From contig CDMY01000834.1 in assembly GCA_001179505.1 (NCBI GenBank), positions 1 to 16,244 of the forward strand: 16,244 nucleotides of DNA, in the 5' to 3' direction. Position numbers and translations under genes: made by a program. The notes beneath the pieces were generated by a model. The model worked only from the letters and a program-made list of their open reading frames with translations. It was not told the origin of the DNA and did not search any database. Shown here piece after piece: positions 10,834-16,244 of this stretch. The number at the start of each line of letters is the position of its first letter. The first letter of the stretch is position 1. Source of the stretch: Vitrella brassicaformis CCMP3155 (Eukaryota > Protista > Chromerida).

Positions 10834-13800
10834 TCACTTTGTGTGTTGCATCGGTTGCGGCAGCGGCAGGGCGCTTGAGCTCGAGCTGCTGGCCCTCGTC
10901 AGGTCAGAGTGCGTGAAGCCACTCTTGGCCGAACTTGGACGGTTCACGTGGATGATGCCCGGCAAGCTGCTGGTGCTGGGCCGGTCGTGTGTGGATGCTG
11001 TCTCGGCCGAGAAGGATGTGATGATGGTGGGAAGGGAGGAGGGCGGCCTGGAGCCGACCCGCTGATGCATGTGCATGTCCCCGCTGCCGCTGATGCTCGA
11101 CACACTCCCGCTCGTCCATCGCTCCCGCACCACCTGCCTCACCGCCGCCTCCATCAACACACACCCCGCACACGCATCCCGCCCGCACCGTGCCTCAAGA
11201 AGACTCTCCAGCTGACTTTCGGTGGCAGCCACCGCCAAGGCCACAAAGTGTCCGCGGCAGACGGACGTGAAGTAGCGCTTGGCACTTGTGGCTGGTCGCA
11301 GGCCGCCGTCGAGGGAGGGCCTGGGGCTACGGCGAGTCACCATTCGGCGTGGGATCTTCTCGATGAGTAATTCCAGCTGGGTCTGGTGGCGAGAGAAGGC
11401 AGCGATCACCTTGCGGGCATCCTCTACCTGTGCACATGACACACATAAGTGAGCACACAACGTGGAGCGTCCGTGCAGTGCAGTGGTTTATGCCTACGAT
11501 ATGTGTCCGTACCTCAGTGCGCTCAAGTCGTTTGAGTGCGGCCTTGATTCTGTTGACCAGCTGTTGTCTTTCCAGCATCAACAGCGACTCTTGCTCCTTC
11601 CTGTACCGATCCATCTTGTCCACCACCGCACTGTAGCTCTTCTCCTCCTCTCGCCGCGCCACCTCATACTCGGCCGCCAGCCGCTGGTCCACTTCCGCAT
11701 TGTACTTGTCACGGTCGCGCGCCTCCAACTGCTCGGACAGGTCACTCATGCGCGCCGCCTCTGCGAACCTGTGCTTTTCCAAAAGCCGTGGAGCGGCCAT
11801 GCGCACACTCAGCAAGGCTGAGGAGGCCTTCATGTGCTTCTTGGCCTCCTCGCGCTTGGCCTCCAGGGCTTCGCGGAGGTGTGCGAGGGCGGCCTGCTTC
11901 CTGGCTTGTAGCTGAGATGTGGTCCTCTCTATGTGTCGCGTCAGGTTGGCCAACTGAGTGTCCCACTCGTCAATTAGGAGTCTGCAGCGGGACACGACGC
12001 CAGAGGCACGACATCCAGCGGGACGGGGTATGGGTGGGCGCTGTCTCTGTGCTCACTTGGCATTGTCCAGGAATGCCTTTTGGCAGAGGTCGACGAGTTT
12101 CTTCCGTCGTCCCTCGAGCGCCTTTTCCACATGCGCGAGCCACCTCGCCCGCCACCACGGCCACCTGGATGACACCGGGATGCATCATGACATCCATCGA
12201 TCATACAGAGAGGTTGTGTTGTGTTGTGCATGTAATGAGTGAATAGTGAATTCATGTCATTATTGGTTGGTGCCTCACTTCTTTTCCAGTCTGTTCATCT
12301 TGAACATGACATCGTCGTCTGGCTGCTGTTGCTGCTCTCTTTGCTGGAGTCGCAGCTCGATCCAGCCAAAGTACTGATGGAGACACATCATGTGCAGCCG
12401 ACACAGTCGGCCATCGCGGGCAGCAAAGACGTCCCTGCTGGCTGCAGCCGCCGCCTCTGAGCTTCTCAAGTATTTGGAGAGGACCGAGTAGAGTGATTGC
12501 AGGGCCGCACTGTGTTGGATGAATCGCTGGAACAAGGCCAGGCAGACTGGGCAGCTCTGTAGGTCGGATTCCGCGACAGCTTCAGCCGTGAGAGCCGTCA
12601 ATGCCTCCGTCACAGCTTGGTCCACCACCTGGACAATTGTCGGTGGCGGAGTCACTGCACGGCTCGCGCGGATCGCCTTGGCGAACTTAGCCCTCGCAGC
12701 CAAACTCTGGGGCGTCCTCCTAGCTTGTTGTGCCACCGTCCTGGCTCTTTGCTGCTGCCTTGCCGGCGACTCGTCATCAAGCGTACCCGACGGGCTCAGT
12801 TGAATCCCATAAGACGAAGCCACGTTTTTCAAAAAGTCCATCGGACTCGTTGGTGGCCTTGGAAACGCCTCGTGTGACGGCTTGACACCGAGCGAATCGG
12901 AACGAGCGTGCGAAGGTTGGGACGGTGCAGATGGCCGACGGCGGCGGCGGAAGCCATCCGAGTGTCGTCTTGCCGGCGCACTGGAGGTCTCTGGGATGGA
13001 TAGCGTGTGGGCCGACATGGATTTCTGGAATCGAAGTTCCCTCCTTGTTGCCGGGCGACACGGGGAAGCGGCGTCTTCTTTCGCTGTCGCATCCTCTGCA
13101 CCAACATCCCGGATTGCCGCGGGTGGCCCCGCTTCAGGTGGCTCCTCCTGTCCCGAGTCCAGGGAGCCCGCGAATGAGGGCAACGCAATGAGCCCACTGC
13201 TGCCACTCCGCCGCCCGTGTTTGCCCTCTGCTCGTGGCGGGACGAGGGTCTTTTCCTTGTGCTGTCCGTCAGGGCTTTCCACGTCTCCTGGTGTCTCTTG
13301 GGGGGCCGCATCGCCCTCTAATGAGTCAGTCGACCACATGGAGCCGCCAAGCTGAGGGCTGCCGAGGAGACGGGAGGGCATATTCTGCAGCACCCATTCA
13401 TTCATCACACGAATGCATTCACATCGCAGACATCGAGTGCATTCATGGGTGGCTTACTGCATCGATTTTGAATCCTCTGAACTCCACTTTGTTCTGGTGT
13501 GGCTGGACTTCTGGGTCGATGGCGCCTGCCGAGGTGAAGGCATCAGAGGCACCAGGCGAGTCGGGGAAGAAGGATGGGAGGCGGTCCGGCTGCAGGTGAG
13601 CCATCGATGGGCTCTTTCTCCCTAATATGTATTGTAGTTCCTTGTGCAGTGACTTGTGCAGTGCAAAGGCTTCGGTTTTTGCCTTAGGACCTCCGGTCCC
13701 AGCAGCTGCTGCAGCAAGCAGCCCACAGAGTACAAACAGTGGTGAGCTGTGCAAAGCGGCGGAAGGAAGGTGATGAAGCAGCGGTTCGGAGGTGATGAAT

Positions 13801-14165
13801 TTGCGAGCTGTTCTGCGATCGTGTCCGAGCTCGCACAGGCTGCTCGTTCCCAGCTCACGGACCCGACGGACCCGGCTGGCGAGTCGTAATGATAATCTGC
13901 ATCGGACCGATTTGCGTGCCTCTTTGGTGAGCCAATATACTCGAGACAGTTGAACAGGCTCTGTGGTGAGTTGTTGGGTCGCGTGTGTGAGAGCTCAGGC
14001 ACGTCGGTCTCCTGTTGGCCTTTCTGTTCAAGCCTGCCTACCGATGGGCAAGACGAAAATGCGGATACGAAGGTGCGTGCGGGCGGACGACTGTTCTGAC
14101 ACATACGAACACACCACTACCCTTGCGGTCGTGTTCTTATCAGAAGCTGAAGAGACCTCCGCCAT
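10834..14165 (-). CDS. Large multi-exon protein of unknown function (Ser/Pro-rich regions plus coiled coil)
   Basis: Proposed exon 1 is 14165-14042 (MAEVSSAS...RIRIFVLPI), then an 81-nt GTAGGC..CACAG intron, then exon 2 at 13960-13458 (..EPVQLSRVYWLT..FRGFKIDA|GTAAGC). The long exon from the 12275-13408 ORF follows, then KWPWWRARWLAHVEKALEGRRKKLVDLCQKAFLDNAK, LLIDEWDTQLANL...LKRLERTE and VEDARKVIAAF...PQPMQHTK*. Phases are consistent at the junctions checked; the 5' end is less certain than the body. Confidence 0.75.
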
Positions 14166-14676
14166 GACAAAGCAGAATATGTCCGGCAACCCACCACCTG
14201 ACGCACCTGCGGAGCACACAGAGGAGACGACAAACGACGCCGCTGGAGCCACTCTTCGCCGCAGGCCGGTCAGCAGAGTGGCCGACAGCGACGGCAGGGG
14301 CGGCTGCGTGGATGTGCACACACCCGAGGAATGGCAAAACGTGTGCAAGAGAGCCTCGGACGGCGGGCTGCCGATCGTGCTGGCTGTCGGTGCGTCGTGG
14401 TGCAAGCCATGCAAGCACATTGCCCCAGTGTTCAGGAGCCTGGCGCAGCAGCACAGGGGCCTGTTTGTGTCGGTTGATGTGGACGAGATGGCTGACTTGG
14501 CTGAGGAGGCAGCGGCGAGAGCCCTGCCGACCTTCCAGATCTGGAGGCCGGACGACGGCAGAAGGGTGGCCAAGACGACGTACGAGCTAGTCGGCGCTGT
14601 TGAGGCGTCCCTGAGGAGTTTTGTGGCTGACCACTGTGAGGCACATGGCCACTGCGATGATGTGACTGCCAACTGA
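14164..14676 (+). CDS. Thioredoxin-domain protein (WCKPC), single exon
   Basis: IVLAVGASWCKPCKHIAPVFRSLAQQHRGLFVSVDVDEMADLAEEAAARALPTFQIW matches the thioredoxin fold pattern (WCxPC active site, DVD, cis-Pro PTF). The start is either 14164 (GCC ATG) or 14179. Confidence 0.9.
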   Translation: MTKQNMSGNPPPDAPAEHTEETTNDAAGATLRRRPVSRVADSDGRGGCVDVHTPEEWQNVCKRASDGGLPIVLAVGASWCKPCKHIAPVFRSLAQQHRGLFVSVDVDEMADLAEEAAARALPTFQIWRPDDGRRVAKTTYELVGAVEASLRSFVADHCEAHGHCDDVTAN

Positions 14677-15203
14677 CACGTGGGTGCATTGAGTGCTTGC
14701 GGAGGCTGGCAGGGCAGCACTTTCTGTATTGATCTTTTTTCCGTGCTGTGCTTCCCTCTGCTGCTGAGTTCTGTACAGACAGACACGTCCATGTGTGGTG
14801 ACTGACATTCTCATTCATCCATCCATCAAAAGAGTCTCGAGTCCCTCGCGGCCCATATTCTACACTCTCACTGCATTGAGCTGGGCACACCAGCTGACTG
14901 ACTGTGTTGACTGATGCATGGCATGCACAAGGCCAACAACTCCACTGCAAAAACAGTCGCATCGTCGTTCAGCCACGTGTCGACCACATCTCCTGCATTG
15001 ATCACGTTCACAAACGCCCCTCGAGAGTTTGCTGAGCGCGTGTGTGCCCCAGTAAGCTCTTCACGGCAAGCAGTTGCTGACGGCATCAATGGCAGAAGGA
15101 GCGCTACACGCGTCCCTTGCATCTCGGAACCTCATTGACAGATTCACACACAGACAGATCAGGCAGGCAGGCAGGCATGCAGCGTCGTCTAGAGAGGGTC
15201 TCC

Positions 15204-15908
15204 TCAGTCCTCTGCGGTCAGCGTGCGGAAGCCTGACAGATCCATATCCAGAAGCAGACACACAGATGTGCCTTGTGGCTGGTCTGGCTGTCTGTGGGCC
15301 TGTCTGCCCGTCTGCCTGTGTGGGTGAGGTGACTGACTGACCGAATCCCATAGCGACAACGGGGATGAAGAGGCAGAAGATGGGCACAAACAGCTTCGGA
15401 CCTGACAAGAATACATGAATACACCCATACAGGCATGCCTCACGGCCGCACATCACTCCACCAGCGGTTAGTGGGTGGTCAGAGTCTATGCATGGCACCC
15501 CACTCCCACCCACGTGCGTACCGATGTCGCTGAACCCAGTCGGTGCCTCCATATTGCCAACTTTGCCCTTGTAGGCAATCAGCTCGTTGAACCCCGCACC
15601 CAGCATGTCCAGGAAGGCCGGGTCCGTCGCGCTGTCGAGGGTCGCGCTGTCCAACACCATCTGCGGACTTGTCTGCAACGCACCAACACATCCACCGCAC
15701 ACACGAACCGCACTCATTATTTGACTAACGGTACGTGGTCAGTGTGAGATAGAGTGAATGAGTGAGTGACCCTTCTTTCGACAGCTCGTCGGTTGGCGCT
15801 TTGCCTGAGGATGTTGCCGCTGAGAGCATTTGCGGGCCTCTGCACAAAGGCTGAGGCAGCAACCATCAGGCACACGGCCACCAGGGCGAGGAGCGGAACT
15901 CTCATCAT
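15204..15908 (-). CDS. psaI: Nucleus-encoded, plastid-targeted photosystem I subunit VIII (PsaI)-like protein, 4 exons, 125 aa
   Basis: Exons are 15908-15771, 15672-15522, 15401-15342 and 15232-15204 (phases 0,1,1). Product: MMRVPLLALVAVCLMVAASA|FVQRPANALSGNILRQSANRRAVERRTSPQM-VLDSATLDSATDPAFLDMLGAGFNELIAYKGKVGNMEAPTGFSDIGPKLFVPIFCLFIPVVAMGFGFRTLTAED*. It has a signal peptide with ASA|F and an Arg/Ser-rich transit peptide. The C-terminal P-x-x-FVP-x3-L-x2-P-x2-AM-x3-F pattern matches PsaI as I recall it. The exon 1 donor (GTCACT) is weak; an alternative in-phase GTACCG donor exists. Confidence 0.75.
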
Positions 15909-15978
15909 GGCTCTGTGAAGCAGCACAAAGAGAGGCCCGAGTGTGTTTACGGAATCTCTGGTGAGGTTCCTCGACGCC

Positions 15979-16006
15979 AAACCCTACACCCCGAACCCTA
16001 CCCTGA
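15979..16006 (+). repeat. Degenerate telomere-like/telo-box motifs (AAACCCTA, GAACCCTA, CCCTGA)
   Basis: AAACCCTA at 15979-15986, GAACCCTA at 15993-16000, then CCCTGA. They lie between the psaI start and the right inverted-repeat arm. Confidence 0.35.
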
Positions 16007-16041
16007 TGAGATTTCATTTGATGAGGAAGCATGGGCACAGA

Positions 16042-16244
16042 GTGTGCGAAAAAGGCCGGTGAGGACCTTTCCTGTAGTTAGCTGAATAGAGGATCTGCTG
16101 AGCGGTAAGTCCCAGAGTAAGAGTGCTTTTCCTTTAATAAGACCGATGGACTGGCCAGTCAGTCAAAGTTGTTTCTGTCCATGTATGGCATCATGAAGGG
16201 TGGTCAACACAGATCTCACTTCGGTGATGGCTGATAAGATCGTG
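16042..16244 (-). repeat. Right arm of the long-range inverted repeat (truncated by window end)
   Basis: Reverse complement of 189-387 with a 4-nt GACT duplication. Similarity continues to the last base, so the outer boundary is not visible. Confidence 0.97.

Noticed and set aside
12520-12560. CPVC in gene 4 as a zinc finger
   Set aside because: A second appropriately spaced Cys/His pair was not evident, so a lone CxxC is insufficient.
13622-14104. 160-aa ORF MCQNSRPP... as the first exon of gene 4
   Set aside because: It ends in a stop at 13622 with no convincing in-phase splice into the downstream exons. The alternative frame with exon 14165-14042 and an 81-nt intron joins cleanly.
14028-14792. 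254-aa antisense ORF across the thioredoxin (and similar long antisense ORFs such as 8357-8911 and 12882-13355)
   Set aside because: Long shadow ORFs are expected opposite GC-rich coding sequence and show no recognisable motifs. Only the 14165-14042 part is used in my model.
189-16244. Calling the block an autonomous transposon, prophage or CRISPR locus
   Set aside because: There is no transposase, integrase, viral or cas gene and no repeat-spacer array. Only the inverted repeat is directly supported.

Overview
Intron-rich, GC-rich eukaryotic nuclear DNA. The short GT-AG introns full of (CA/TG)n, (ATGG)n and (GGCA/GGCT)n microsatellites, together with a plastid-targeted gene carrying an ASA|F cleavage motif, suggest a chromerid alveolate such as Vitrella (inference). 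I reconstructed six spliced or unspliced protein genes by hand. (1) A bacterial/catabolic-type ornithine carbamoyltransferase (-, 1566-3414). (2) A secreted, internally duplicated coiled-coil protein resembling alveolate extrusome/trichocyst-matrix proteins (-, 3634-7509). (3) A probably N-myristoylated coiled-coil protein (+, 7624-10464), 114 bp from gene 2 and divergent to it. (4) A large unknown low-complexity/coiled-coil protein (-, 10834-14165). (5) An intronless WCKPC thioredoxin (+, 14164-14676) whose first ATG overlaps the predicted ATG of gene 4 in one CATG palindrome. (6) A 4-exon, 125-aa protein with a bipartite plastid presequence ending in a PsaI-like (photosystem I subunit VIII) helix (-, 15204-15908); no single ORF in the supplied track shows it. 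The whole block is bracketed by a ~200 bp, ~98% identical inverted repeat (189-387 and 16042-16244, the right copy cut by the window end). No transposase is visible. All gene models are manual and unverified by transcript data.
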